Shown here piece by piece: positions 26,231-39,768 of a stretch of 64,000 nt of DNA. The first letter of the stretch is position 1, and every line of letters starts with the position of its first letter. The stretch is from Phoronis australis (Eukaryota > Animalia > Phoronida): positions 515,797 through 579,796 of the forward strand of contig NMRA01000179.1 of NCBI GenBank assembly GCA_002633005.1, read 5' to 3'. Both the position numbers and the translations under genes were made by a program. The notes under the pieces were generated by a model. The model saw only the letters and a program-made list of their open reading frames with translations, made no database searches and was not told the DNA's origin.

Positions 26231-27300
26231 ATCCCCATGAGTAATAATCGAATGAAAAGTGTAATGCACCCTGCCTTGGGGCCTACACACGTCTGGTCAC
26301 CTGCACACTCTTCACTCTAGACAATGGTGCACTCGAGCACGCACCATACGGCAATGACGCACAGACTAACTGACAATTAGGTTGAGGTGGAAACAGAAAA
26401 TGGCAAAAGTACTTCCGAGTTCGATTTCAAATAGACGCCGACCCTGACCAAGACCTGGCAAAAATAATACAAGAAAAAATCTGTCCTGGCTTTAAAACGG
26501 ACGCTCGAGAATCATCACGTATACCGAGTTGAGCCCATTCGCATCAATTCCATTGTGGAAGCGTCGCTCTTCGACCAACAACAGATGATTTACTCATCGA
26601 GGTTTGTCTCCAAAGCCAAAGTAACCCTAGCTCATTACTAAGAACCTAACCTCAAGGCGACATGTGTTGTTGTGGTGGAATAATATCAGTTTAAGGAGTG
26701 AGGTGCAGTGCTTTTTGAATTTAATCAGAGGCAAGCGTTGACACTGTAAAGTAGTTTAGCATGTGCACAGACAATTTTTTGCAGAGTCCCTAAAGAAGGC
26801 GCATGCATTTTGAACAACACGCATCAATACACTGGTACTAGCAGATTCATATTCATATTGTAGCTGGTGTATATCAAAACTTTGATTCATGAATTTTGAC
26901 TTGAACGACTCACGTAACATTGTTTTGATTACTGAAGCATGTTACTGATTCCAGGTTTTTCTAAAAATGGAACATGGCAACAACACATAGCAATATACGA
27001 TGTTTTCGGAATGGGAAAACGAAAAGGTTGCTTCTAACAAAACAGTGTGCAGAACACACCCCACCTTGGCCAAGAAGACTAGTGGAGACGACCTAGGTCA
27101 TACATGTAAGAGTATACATGCAAGTGGACAAAATATGTTAAATGTGCTAAGTTAATGGCGCTCAAAGGCAAGTAAGTTCTAGAATGATACCGTAGCCACT
27201 ACATTGCTTATGAGTACAACAACGGAATTGTAATTGAAACAATGCAAATTCACTTACAGCTGACCTGTAATGCAGTTTTAGAAGCTTAATTTATACTCAC

Positions 27301-27490
27301 TGCTGTAAAATGTCTGCACACGCAGCTAAATCATCTTCATTACTAAAAGTCGCTAAGTGTCCATTGTAAAAGGCTTGGCACTTCTCTTGGGCGAGTGTCC
27401 TGTTCAGACGTTCGCTTCGGTAAACGCTGTAACACGAACGTCCATCCCGGGATGCAATCATAGTTTGCGAACACTTCGGTAGGTAAGCTT
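27301..27490 (-). CDS. Exon 7: C-type lectin domain 2, N-terminal half (frame not shown in the ORF track)
   Basis: EAYLPKCSQTMIASRDGRSCYSVYRSERLNRTLAQEKCQAFYNGHLATFSNEDD; GGACAG / GTGAGT; 190 nt, phase 1-2; paralogous to exon 3. Confidence 0.88.
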
Positions 27491-30400
27491 CTGTCCACCA
27501 TAGAAGAGGAAGAAATAAGACATACCAAACGAAGCACGGACATCAATTATAGTTTGGTTTTCTCAGAGCAACTATCGAAACATGTCTGCAATATCAATAA
27601 TTTCTCATTTCATGAGCTTGATGGCACTATGATATAAATCGTATGATTTGGGAAAATGCTATGCCAAATCCCTTAAAGCCAAACTTCAATGGAATCGTGT
27701 TACTTTAGATGTATTGAGTTTACCAGAGAAAAGCCATAGTAAAATAAGAAAACACGAGTTCAATCACGCGAATGTAAGCCCGTCAGATGATAGGTGAATC
27801 CGCGAGATCCCAGCACAAACAACAACAAAAAAGGATACCAGTTGTACTAAATATGGGTCTGAATAGAACACCATTGCGTGCGGTTGTTATTCGCAGCAGC
27901 TTGAATTAAAAGGCGATTCTCGCGGTGACGTAGACAAATCAAACCAATAGGTCTAACAGATCGTTACATTTGTCAATTTATGGCACTAGTTAGCTCAGAG
28001 CGATGATCTTAATATACTGTAGGAACCAAATTTACAAGTGTTACCGCAGAAGATATGCTTTAAGGCTTCATATGCATCTTCTATTTAGTTCGTATTTAAC
28101 CCAATGAAAGTGATGGTTGTCCTTTCTCCCCAACTTCCGGTTGGCCCAGCTTCAAAGTAGTTTTTGACTAATTAAACAGTTTTATACTTATCCTACCCTC
28201 CCTACCCTTGTTGAACAGAATTTGCTAATGGTTCTTTTTGTTGTTACATTGAGTTCTGATACGTTATGCAAGAACATAGTCGCTAACGACCAGAAAAAAC
28301 GTATTCGAGCACCGGTCACCGAGGATTGACTCTCTCTATCCCGGTCACGGCTCTCCGGACACTGGACACAAACTGAGCTACAAAGGCACAAACTGAGCCA
28401 CAACACCACGTTCCTTACCATACATGTATCTCTATTATCTTTCCGCCTGGTCTACTCACGCTGCATGTCCGGAACCCGCATTGTCAGGTTATTATAACCT
28501 ATTTGGTTGTTTTTGTACACATTTGGTACTTTATATGGCATTTTCTCAATTGCAGGTTGTACCCGTTTGGTACTTAGTATCAAATTTGCCGTTTTGTTCG
28601 ACCCTGTTGGTATTATTTACCCATTTGGTATTACTTATTAACAGGTTTCCCCTCGCATTGGCTACCTGTGCTCGAAGTTTACTCGTCATATGGGGCACTT
28701 CAGTTTTTCGTTGCTCAACTCGCCAAACGCGACCTTATTTTACGAGAATGGCGTATCCAGGCTTACAAAACGGATCAACTTACACTCAGTGACAGAACGG
28801 CAAAAAAAACAAGTCCTACGAAAATCGCACAGCAGCCGTCAACTTTTGTCGCTATCTGTCGATCTTGTTTATCCACAGGCGTTCGAAAAATAACACGCTC
28901 GAACAGTGTCTGGCATACAGCGAGTGAGCTTCGGTAAGTGAGATTTGCTCGGCTGTGGTTTCCTCCTCTGCTTTTCCTGACGATAAAAGAACCTGCGGGG
29001 CACGGTTTAAGGAGAAGGATTGTATCAAAAACTTACGGCTAACAAGGTTCCTGGAGACAAAAATAAAGACAGCGGAGGGAATAGTAGTAGTAGCCGGAGG
29101 AAGTGGTGGCGATAGGAAGAAGGGGAGACAATAATGACTACAGTGGGTAAGTAAAGGCTATATAGACGATCAGGAGCTAGTGGTGATCGCCGGGGGACAA
29201 AACAGTTCTAACAAGAAGAAAATGGCGGCAGCGAGAAAATGGTGGCGAGCCGAGGGCAAATGATATGTGCCCTCACTAATCTTGCATTTACCTTCCTAGA
29301 AGCACAACATATTCATTTTATTTGTTCGTAACCCTCTCGCCCACCTCACTTTCGGGACGTAGTTTGCAGAGAACCCCCAGCTACGTCGCGGCAGTATGCG
29401 GTTGTATCATAATGGATCGTGAACTGATATAACGTGCATCGACGAAACTTCAACATTCAGCCCAAAGTTGACAATGAAAAAATACAATAAATCTAGTTTT
29501 AGCCTACCTTCAGAAAATAATCGTATCTACATGTATTGTTTAGTAGTGAACATCCTGTTTGTAATTATCGTACAGTGGACGTGCAACAGCGTGCCAACAG
29601 CAGATAAGTTGCGATTGCTAGTCACGCCAAGACTAGGACTGGCGCAGTCATGAGCAGACTATTAAAACGGGGCCGAGTTGCATAGACAAAACGATCCATA
29701 GTAAAGCCGCTTCTGCGACAATTCTAAACAAACGCTGTATGCCACCATGACTGATGACAACGTTTTGAATACAACGGGATGATACATGTAGGCATTCTTG
29801 CGTTCTAAGAAGTTAATGAATAAATAACGCTACACGTACATTAAAAGTCCCCAGTTTCTCAATGCAACAGTCGCTTTTCTTTGCTGTTTTTGTCGTGACC
29901 TACTAGACCTGGACCGCTGACAGATGGCAGCCTAAGCGCATCATAGTGGGCCGCATAACAAGCGACACCTATCGTATGTCCACGAAACTAAATTTTGGCG
30001 ACCTCAAATCCGAAATGGCTAGCTGAGATATTGCTCAACTTGCCAATTCCGAGTTGGGCGTATTCGTAACGTCGGAAGCTCAGTAACTAAACTGTGCCAC
30101 ATGGTATTCGATATCCAATAACACATAGGGTAAATATTTGATATATATTGTATATGCATTTTAGGTGAAAGCATCTGGTATTGTACCTCTTATCAAATAT
30201 AGAACAGTGACCCTGACATTCCCAATACAACCTGAAATACATCTTATCATTGTGTTGTTTTATTTGTCCTTAATAAAGTCCATTTTTGAAGAATTGTAGT
30301 ATCTATTTGTTAAACTGTTTTGAACTCATAAGCGTAAGATCCCACTTAAATACATATGTAGTGTAGAAACGTAGGCAGCAAAATCAAATTACGAGTAAGA

Positions 30401-30828
30401 ATCATGGACGACGCAGGTAAATTATCCACTTATTTTATAAACTTTACAAATGGATTTCTCCTTTGTTGTTTCAGCACATGAACAAAAGTACTAAGCACAT
30501 TAAATGCGTAATAAAACATTATTACGAGGAAACAAAATTGTCCAAGTTTTTAAGAGAAAAAAGCTGAACAAAATCAGTAGTTATATTTATTTGCTATCCA
30601 TAACCTAGTCAATAAATAGGTCACACTAGGGATATCTAATGATGTGCTATGATATATTTTCTAAAATACTTTATTAGATGAGAACTTAAAATTTTTACTG
30701 GTATGTAAATATTTAGCCATGTGCAGGTATGGATAACTTGTACCGTAAGTGCCAAGTGTTCTTTGTTACGCTGCCCCTTTACAGGTTAAAAGGCTTATAA
30801 ACCTCATGCAGGGAAAACAAATACTTAC

Positions 30829-31125
30829 CTCCTGGCAGGCAAACGTATTTCACTTCCAGGGACGCGTTCAAGCTTATACAGTTGCTATTAAATTTCGACG
30901 CGTCCACGTAGACGTTGCAGTACGTGTTGTTGTTGCATTCGTCCATAAGCTCCCGTGTGACATTGGAATAACACGTGGTGGAATTCATACCGCATGAGGA
31001 AGTTTCATTTGAGTACCCGTATCTAGCTGATAATACCTTGATGATTTTATCGATGGCCGCCGCGGGATATTGAGAGCAGGATATTTGCAATACGTCTCCA
31101 TCACAAGCCCGTACTGGGGGTGGAC
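30829..31125 (-). CDS. Exon 6: SUEL/Gal-lectin-like domain 2
   Basis: RACDGDVLQISC...IKVLSARYGY...C...CNNNTYCNVYV...LEVKYVC; CCTCAG / GTAAGT; 297 nt, phase 1-1. Confidence 0.92.
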
Positions 31126-31716
31126 CTGAGGACATAAGGCGATTCTATGTTTCGTGACTCGAACTTACAACAGATAACTGAGCTGAATAAAAAATTTGTT
31201 ATCTTTTATTGGTTTATTAAAATCAGTCGGGTCAGTGGGCAACTTCCAAGACCTTGTGCCACGCCAGTGCGCTGATAGCTCTGGGACCTGTTTCTCGTAT
31301 TCTGTCGGGTTTAGTTTTTTCTTAAATATCAGACTATGGAAAGCTCAGCCTCTTTCATAAAAAAATCCAGAAAACCTGTCAAATCAGAGAAATGCTCGAC
31401 TGAACAGATACATGTAACATATAAACGTTAGAAGGATTACTGCGTAACCACTCATTATGTTTGGAAAAGGCCTAATGATGTGAACCTACCACATAATATA
31501 AACAGATTAAAATAATTATTTCACGCATCCAGTTAGAATTTTGATCACCGTTTTCAAAATCAGCCTCACTATTACCTAACACCACTACACTAATATGTAT
31601 AGCTGGCGTCATGATTTTGAGAACTGCAGCATTCTATCATACTTCACGGTTATCAAAACCTGGCATCCGCTATCGTTTGCCGAAGCGTGAAATCCGAGAA
31701 AATAAAGAAGACATAC

Positions 31717-31905
31717 CAACACATTTCGGCAGAGTTGACCATTTTCCAGTAATTTCGCATTTGCCCGTAGGCATTCCGACCAATCTGTAGCCTGGATTAC
31801 ATTGGATTTCAACACGACCGCGGTAACCTGTGTTCGCTGCAGACATCGAAAACCCGAATTCTATATCAGGCGGAGAACATGCCAAATGTTCAGGCAAAAT
31901 GACAG
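31717..31905 (-). CDS. Exon 5: Sushi/CCP domain 2 (type A)
   Basis: CSPPDIEFG...QCNPGYRLVG...CEITGKWSTLPKC; TTTTTCAG / GTATGT; 189 nt, phase 1-1. Confidence 0.92.
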
Positions 31906-32639
31906 CTGAAAAATAACGAACTATACATTTAGTAAATTATCTCCGGTGCATTACGAGCCAAACTGTGACAGCTGTAAGTCTAGTTGTTTGAGAGTTATTA
32001 AGACCTAGAGCAGGTGGGGAAATAAAAAAAAATAATAGGAAAAAAGATTAAAAAATCGAGAATAACAAGACTGTGCTGGTGCGCACAGAGTTACAACAAG
32101 TTTATTGCCAGAAAGTAACAATAATGTCTCTTCGCGAGTCAGACATTTTTGGAAATTTACAAACTTTCCGGTGGCTTCTGCAACATAGCGGAAATATACA
32201 AAGAAATATATTTTGGATGATGCTGTATCACAGATGTTTAACTGTTGTCACAGTAGACTAAAAAAGATTGTTTAAAAATTATACATGCTCAATGAAATCA
32301 GATATCCTTTGTATTATTTGACCCTTTCCGATGCATTATGAGCTCTAGTAGTGGATTTAACGTAAATTCCGTGGAAAGAGTGGACAATGCTTAGAATCAC
32401 CGTAGTCTAAAACGTTGAATGAAAAGGTCAATTTTCAGAAGAAAATGCACTTAATGACCTCATAGTTGCACCAAATGACATGGTGATTTGGAATTGGAAC
32501 TCAATTACACATTACACGTACCAAAACATATATAAATATGAAGTGTCTAGTTTAAAATTTATGTTTGCATTCAATGACGTTTGGTCTATTTTATCTAATT
32601 GGATGACCTGTTTTTTAAAAAAGTAGACTAAGCGCATTT

Positions 32640-35288
32640 GATTGGCAGGTGAGGAGGGTAGTGGATACCTGCAGGAATAAAAACAAGACCTGTCAAAGGG
32701 CGAATGATCCCAAGAGGGACAACGGCCATCCACATAACCCCAATGCCTTGTGGGTGAAGTTGGAGAGCCTAAAGGCTACAGGAAGGACACTTCGAATGAA
32801 AAACCCGTTGACAACACGCCTAGCCAGCACGTCAGTGGTAGGCTAACAACCCAACAATGATGAAAAAGAAAGAAGGAGGCCGTAAAGCCCATGGCCAAAA
32901 CGGGCAAGTTCAAGAGAAAGACTGTTCCAACCCAGACACTAGTCAGCATGACGCTGCACAGCCAAATCCATCTGGAACTTTTACAGCCGACAGGGAGAAG
33001 AACATAGTTTCAAACATCAACATACACTGTAGCTATATACAACACGAGAACATTAAGAACAGATACTGACATCCAAAACATACTTAAAGAACTAGAAAAT
33101 GTAAAATGGAACATCATTGGTCTCTGCGAAACCAAAAGATCAGGACATGGATTGATGGAAATTCCTGGGGGCATGTGGATGTACGAAATCGGAAAAACAA
33201 AAGAAACACCCAAAGCCAAAGGCATCGCACTTCTGATACAAAAAAGTTCAAAGACTATATTGAAAGTTTCGAGAAACAGAAAAGAGAGAACAATTTCATG
33301 CAAAGTAAAAATGCAGAAGAAACCACTCCAAATTATACATTTCTATGCACCAACATCGGAATATGAAGAGCAAGAGGTTGAACAATTCTTCGAGTCCCTA
33401 GAAAAGGCAATAGACCGAAAAGCATGCTCATATACCATCATAACTGGCGATTTCAATGCAAAATATGGCGTCAAAAATAAAGAAGAAAACATCAGAAGAG
33501 TAGGATTATTTGGAACGGGAGAAAGAAATCAGAGAGGAGAACTACTTATAATCTTCATCGAAGAACACCATCTGTGCATCACCAACTCATTCTTCAAGAA
33601 ACCTAAGAACAGATGTCGGACCTGGGAAAGCCCAAATGGCCAAACAAGAAATCAAATTGGTTTTATTTTAACAACAGATAAAAACATCGTCGTGAACTGT
33701 TAAGTGTGAAATTTTAGCATTGGAAGTGACCACAGAATGGTTAGAGCAAAAAGAGCAAAAATAAGAACCAACAAAAGACTACTTAAAGGCTTAAAAGAAT
33801 GTAAAGACTGAAACCATTCAAGACAAACACAGAACACATGGAACAATGCAAAGAGGAATTTAAACTGGTACTAAAAACAGATTTCAAGCCTTAGAAGAAG
33901 AGACTCTATCAATAGAAACTTTTAACAAAATCCTAACAGAAGAAATCAAGATCCTACATGAGAAAAAGGGAAAGACAGACACAAGTATATCACTAGAAGA
34001 CACTAAAATTCAACAGATGGACACAAAAAGAAAAGAACTGTACAAAACCGACAAAAAGACAGAAAGAGAAAGAACAGAATACAGTGAACTTAACAAAACA
34101 GTGAAAAAATGACGTGAAATAGCGCCCGACGAAAAAAAAGATGCTAATGGACACAATTGAAGAAGGAAAAGGACTAAAAGAAATCTACAAGTGAGGAAAT
34201 AAAAAGAAGGCAACAAAAATGCGAAACTCTAACGGAGAAATAACAAACAACAGAGAAGAAAAACTCAAAATATGTGCCGATTTCTACAAAATTTTATGTG
34301 AGAAAACCATGAATCCACCGGAAAAGATAGGAACCAGGAATATAGACACAGAACAACTACAACCAGTACCTTTCACTGAGTAGGAAGTAGAACATAATCT
34401 CAGAAGGATGATGAAAAGAAAAGCACCAGGAAATGATGATATTACAAGCGATGTAATTTCGGCAGGAGGACAAGAAACAATCAAATACTCTACAAAAGCA
34501 TTCAATGTAAATCTAAGGACCCAAAACATTCCAGAATTCTGGAAAGAAGCAAAATCTATAATATTATTTAAAAAAGGAGATCGAAGTGACATAAAGAACT
34601 ATAGGCCCATAAGTTTATTAGCCCATACATGCTGCACAAACTGATCACAAGGCTATTACAAAGTAGAATGGAGAAACAACTGGATAGAAAATCAACCCCG
34701 AGAACAAGCAGGGTTTAGAAAGAGCTACTCAACAATAGATATCTGAAAGTCCTTGAACAAACAATTGTAAAATGTAACGAATTTAACCTGCCACTGTGTG
34801 TTTTTTCTTAGACTATGAACACTTTGACATCATTGAAGCCCTAAAAAATGTCAACATATGTGAAACATACATTATTTTGCTTGTACTACATGTACATGAC
34901 ACTACATAATGATATCTCGCGGATTTTTGCGTGATCTGTGTATGTAAAACTGCTGCAAAATATATATACAGATGCCACCGCCAGAGTACACATCGGCAAC
35001 CACATTTCTCAAAGATTCAACATAGAGAGAGGAGTTACACAGGGAGACCCAAATTCACCTAAGCTGTTTACACTGACAATGGGAGAAATCTTCAAATCGT
35101 CAGACCTTCATAGGAGAGTAAACATAGACGGAGAACATCTAACAGACCTAAGATTTGCAGATGATGTTGCTTTGTGCACAGAAAACATAATACAAATAGA
35201 AACAAATTCAAATTTACTGAATGAAGAAAGCAACAATGTGGGATTAAAGATACGCAAGGACAAGATGAAGTACATGACAAGTCCGTGA
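32640..35288 (+). mobile_element. Decayed RTE-clade LINE (AP endonuclease plus reverse transcriptase), 3' truncated
   Basis: YNTRTL...WNIIGLCET, YAPTS, GDFNAK, TWESPNGQTRNQI, SDHRMV; KGDRSDIKNYRPISLL, QAGFRKSYST, RGVTQGDPNSPKLF, LRFADDVAL; many stops and frameshifts; antisense to the host gene. Confidence 0.92.
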
Positions 35289-35779
35289 AAAGTGTAGTTA
35301 ATGGTGGCAAAAACAGTCGTCAAACTTTTGACACATCTGAGTACGTGTTGAATGAATACGTGTAGCTCAAATTTTCTGAAGGAAATGCCTTTAATCAACC
35401 CCTTGGTTTCACCAAACGAACTGAAACTTCAGAACTGGAACTCTATTACAAGTACCAACCAGATATGTGAATTTGACGTGTCTATAGATCAAAATCTTTC
35501 TTTGCACTCAGAGACTTTTGACGTATTTAATCAAATTGGATGACCCCATTAATTAGGAAAGGTTTGCTATTGATTAACGTATAAACTTACACCTGAAATT
35601 AAAAAGAATTCCTTGAAAATGTACTAGAAGAAACTACACTTCGAAAATTAGAAGAACTTTGCTCCTATTGATCAATTCAGATGCATTATATGTCAAAAAT
35701 ATATTTTATACAATAAAAGATCGCTCAAACGTAATAATTGGGTTGAAAGTTAAGTCTTTTAATACCTTACAAAAAGAAG

Positions 35780-36175
35780 AAAAAGATAGAAACCCGAATA
35801 CAACAGCACGCCGAGCAGAGTAATAACAAGAAAAAGATAAAAACACAGAAAATAAGCCTCTTTGCTGACAGTAATAATAATGATGAGAAGAAAAAGATAA
35901 AAGCCCAAGAAGAACAAGACTGCACTCAGTATGGGCGCAAAGTAAAACGAAGAAAAAGATAAAAGCCCGAGAATAACAAGACTGCACTCAGTATGGGCGC
36001 AAAGTAAAACGAAGAAAAAGATAAAAGCCCGAGAATAACAAGACTGCACTCAGTATGGGCGCAAAGTAAAACGAAGAAAAAGATAAAAACACGAGAATAA
36101 CAAGACTCTGCGCAGATAAGCGCATAATAAAAATATAAATACCTAAGAATAACAAGACTCTGCGCTGATGTGCGA
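35780..36175. repeat. 62-bp minisatellite with about 3 near-identical central copies and degenerate flanking copies
   Basis: Unit gaataacaagactgcactcagtatgggcgcaaagtaaaacgaagaaaaagataaaagcccga. Confidence 0.9.
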
Positions 36176-36789
36176 AGAGACACAACGCTAACTTAAAAGC
36201 GCGCGTTCCGAACAAGCAGAACCACTTCTAGCTTAGACTGGCACGGCGCCTCGTTTTCAAGAATAATCATGGCAAATTCGTGCAGGAAGTGATTATTACT
36301 GATTATTTATAACCTTGTGTGAGCTTTTAGCTCTAAATTGTGCGAGCTGACGGATGATTGGTCTCGGAAGTGACAGAAGGCTGACCAGATTTCGCCCAAC
36401 CACTCCTTTTAAGTTTGGGTCAATTAACCGCCATGCGCATAAAAACGCGTTTTCGTATGGACATAAACACTGTGTATATCGAATGGACTCGGGAAGCCAT
36501 TCCTTGAGTTATACTAGAGTGATAACAAAGCATGTACAGTTTGGAGTGAATTATTCGAGTGACTTGAAGGCTACCTTGAAAGGCAAAACCCGAAAATGTT
36601 GTTCTTACAGTGTGTTAAGAGCATCGTTCTGAGCCCACTAGTGCGATAAATTGTCAAATGTAACTTTGAGCCGTGTAGCCTTGTTCGTTTTGCTTTTGAA
36701 GAGCGAGAATCGCATTCATTTCAAACACCCGGGAATAACACCCACATGTAGCAATGCTCCATGGTGAGAAACAACATGACCGTCGCACC

Positions 36790-38905
36790 CAAAACATGGG
36801 CTCGGGTTCTAAAAGTCGGATCGACTCACCACAAAACAAGACCTATAGGGATCAAATAGGTTCGCCGCACCAGAAAATGGAACCGACGGAGCTAAAAACA
36901 TGACCGACCCACCACAAAACAGGGCCGCCGGAGACTGAACATGACTGTCGGGGAATGAAACTTGACTGCCACGACTCCATTGTGATGGCGCAATTGAAAG
37001 GAGGTCAACAATTAAAGTAGCGATAAATCCAACCACGATCACATTTTTGAGACAAATAATTATAATTGTATATCTACCGTGTTTGTTTTAGAACAAAAGA
37101 ATACTTCTTTCCTCCCATTTGACATTTTAGTCAAGTCACTGAAAAAACGCGTTGGAGCACAACTGGTTTTCGGGGAAAGCATCGTCATAACAAGCTTTTA
37201 TGCGAAGCTGTATACCAAATATGCATGTAGAACTTTGCACCGATGTGGGTAAAAACTGAACTCATAACTCTTACACAAAATTAGTGTGATTAAAAACTAC
37301 CTTTTTCCCTGAGTAAACTAAATTCTCACTGACCTGGAATGTGTTACTACGCAACTGATTAATAACATCGAGTACGTAACTCTTGTAAATTACATTGGGT
37401 GAATCACAAAGTAGTACAAAGTAGAAATACATACATCTTACAGTTTATCATCTGCAGTACATTATAATAACCAAACGCGCGCCAACCAAACAATGCTGGA
37501 ATTCCGAAAAGATGACAAGGTTATGATTGACAAATCCTAACTGTACATGTACCTATTCCCAGTGGGAAGGACGTGCAATCAAATTTTTAACAGACCCATG
37601 TTCGGCGGCGAATTCCCTATCAACGTTCATTCAAACGGAGACGAACCCCAAGTCAAGAAACGCGGTGAGACTCTCTAGGTGTGCTGTCTCAAGGTAAAGT
37701 CCGTGCTCACCAGCGGAGAAGCATACATGTAGCTGACTGTTATTAATCAACAGTTTTTAATTTTTGATTTTACAACTTCAAAAACTATATATTAGACACT
37801 AACTTTCTGTGAAAGCTGAATGCAATTTACAATTGTTAAGCTTAAAATAAAACTATTAACAAAAGTAACTGAATTACTTTAAAATGTGCAAGAGTGTTTT
37901 TACAAAAACTGCGTCATGTGGTTGGAGGTCTTATACATGTCGGCAAAAAAGGTAGTTCTTACGGTTCTTGTGAGAAAAGAAATCCCACACTCGTCCCACG
38001 TTGATGACATGGGGAAACCTCTTGGAAATTTCGTCAAAATCCCTCGGCAAGCCTCGAGATTTTTTACCAAAATTCCAAGAGGTTTTGTCCATGTCATAAT
38101 CCTGAGACTCGTGCAGGATTCTCTCTACATATGTACCGGCGTTAGAAAAATTGGCGTTCTACCGTTATTCTGCTGCTAAAATTGTGGTACGGTCTTTTGC
38201 GTCGGCTTTTGGCTATTTAAAATATTGCTCCACCTAATGGCCAGTTTCTTTTCCAAGATTGCTCAATCAACTGTCCATTCTTCTCTTCCACGAGGTTGCG
38301 TCCATCTCATGGCAAATAATCGGAACTGGTTTCATTTTGTCGTACGTTTTTAGTACATGTATTTTAATACCAGCACACCAAATTTCAGAAGATTTTTTTT
38401 TGCTTCAAAGCTGTCAAAGGCGGGTGCACGTGTTACTGTTTTCAAAACGACGACAGACTTTTCTTTGTTGCAAAAAGCGAAGAACTCTACAAGAAAATTA
38501 CGTGTATTGGATTGTTTTTCACTTGAACGGTTGCAAGTACGACAAGGTGAGTGTCGGTTGACTCCCAGATTTTGCATGCACCCCTCCCGGCCGTTTGCTC
38601 TACATTATGGTATCAGTTTCACGAAGGTGACGGGCTGTGTGAAATTTCGGGGTCTGATCTTGACACACAGTGGTAACTAGCTGTATTTTGACGATAATCC
38701 TCATACAGCTAGCTGGCTGGCTACGTCATAACCAGTATCACACATTGGTAACATTTTGTTCAGTCTCCGGCGGCCCTGTTTAGTTACGGGGCAGTCATTT
38801 TTTTAGTTGCGTCGATCCCATTTTCTGGAGCGGCGGTCCCATTTGATCTCCGTCCGTCCTATTTTGTGATGAGTCGGTCCGATTTGGAGGACCGGCGGTC
38901 ATGTT
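36790..38905. repeat. Long imperfect inverted repeat pair (36790-36941 and 38757-38905)
   Basis: A perfect 25-bp match (aaacagggccgccggagactgaaca / tgttcagtctccggcggccctgttt) extends outward with mismatches for about 150 bp. Confidence 0.8.
38004..38097. repeat. Imperfect 94-bp palindrome (hairpin)
   Basis: atgacatgg..aaacctcttggaa...ctcgg caagc ctcgag...ttccaagaggttt..ccatgtcat. Confidence 0.8.
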
Positions 38906-39532
38906 TTGAGTCCGAGATTTTGTTCTATTCAGACCCCTTTTCAATACAACTAAATGTATTATCGTTTTTTGTCGTTTGTGCTGGGATCTCGCGGTGACGC
39001 AACATGACTCCTAAAGGCAGTTTCACCTATTATGTGACGGGCCCACATTGGTGTCAGTTTGAACTTGCGTTTTCCTATTTTTGCTAAGGCTTTGTTAGGA
39101 CTACCTGGTTAGCTCAATACATCTAAACTAAAAAAGTCCGTTGAAGTTAGGCTTTAAGCGTCTAAATAAAGTTTGGTGGTCAGGAGCTCAGTTTAATTTT
39201 CCCAGAGGCGACAGGGAGGAAAAGAGCTTGCTCAACTGGGGAAGACAGCTGTACGCTGAGCAGTACTCAATGGATCGCATGGTCAATATTTGTTCACTTC
39301 GAATAACAAGTCCGCCCCGGTCCAAGCCGCAATCTAACGGATACGAGGGTAGGATGGGGTGCGTAATTTCTACGAAGTTGAAACAGGACCTATGGGGTCG
39401 TTTTAAATGGTCATGTTTTCAGGCCTCATCACTAGCCCGCTTTCTTCAATTTTAGATGTCTTTTGTTTCTTACTTTCCCCCTAAACAACAACACGTTTGG
39501 GAAAACATCTGACTGTCCTACTCAGTACTTAC

Positions 39533-39768
39533 CATCGCGTTCTGTTTCACAAAAGCTTAGTGCTGTGGTGTTACAACCGATAGAATGCCATACTGCTCCT
39601 TCTTTACAAACCATTGCTCCACAAACAGGACCTTGATTCACTGTACCCTGATCACGATCCCACTTGGAATAACTCACGTTCACAGCAGATGGAGTGTCTT
39701 GTTGCAACCGAGGCACCCACTGCCAGTGGGATGAGTCGTAATACAAGGAAATCCAAAACGTCCCGTTA
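39533..39768 (-). CDS. Exon 4: C-type lectin domain 1, C-terminal half
   Basis: FWISLYYDSSHWQW...YSKW...CGAM...WHSIGCNTTALSFCE; TTTGCAG acceptor, GTAAG donor; 236 nt, phase 2-1. Confidence 0.9.

Noticed and set aside
27343-27546. Apparent frameshift in CTL2: the ORF track shows CIPGW, which looks like a CTL start, in a different frame from the rest of the domain
   Set aside because: The phase-1 acceptor at 27490 gives EAYLPKCSQTMIASRDGRSCY in one frame, matching ESFLPKACPEGW..GRCY of CTL1; CIPGW is a coincidence.
35706-36215. Hydrophobic repeat ORFs and a CRISPR-like appearance
   Set aside because: Translations of a minisatellite; units are contiguous with no unique spacers, and the DNA is eukaryotic.
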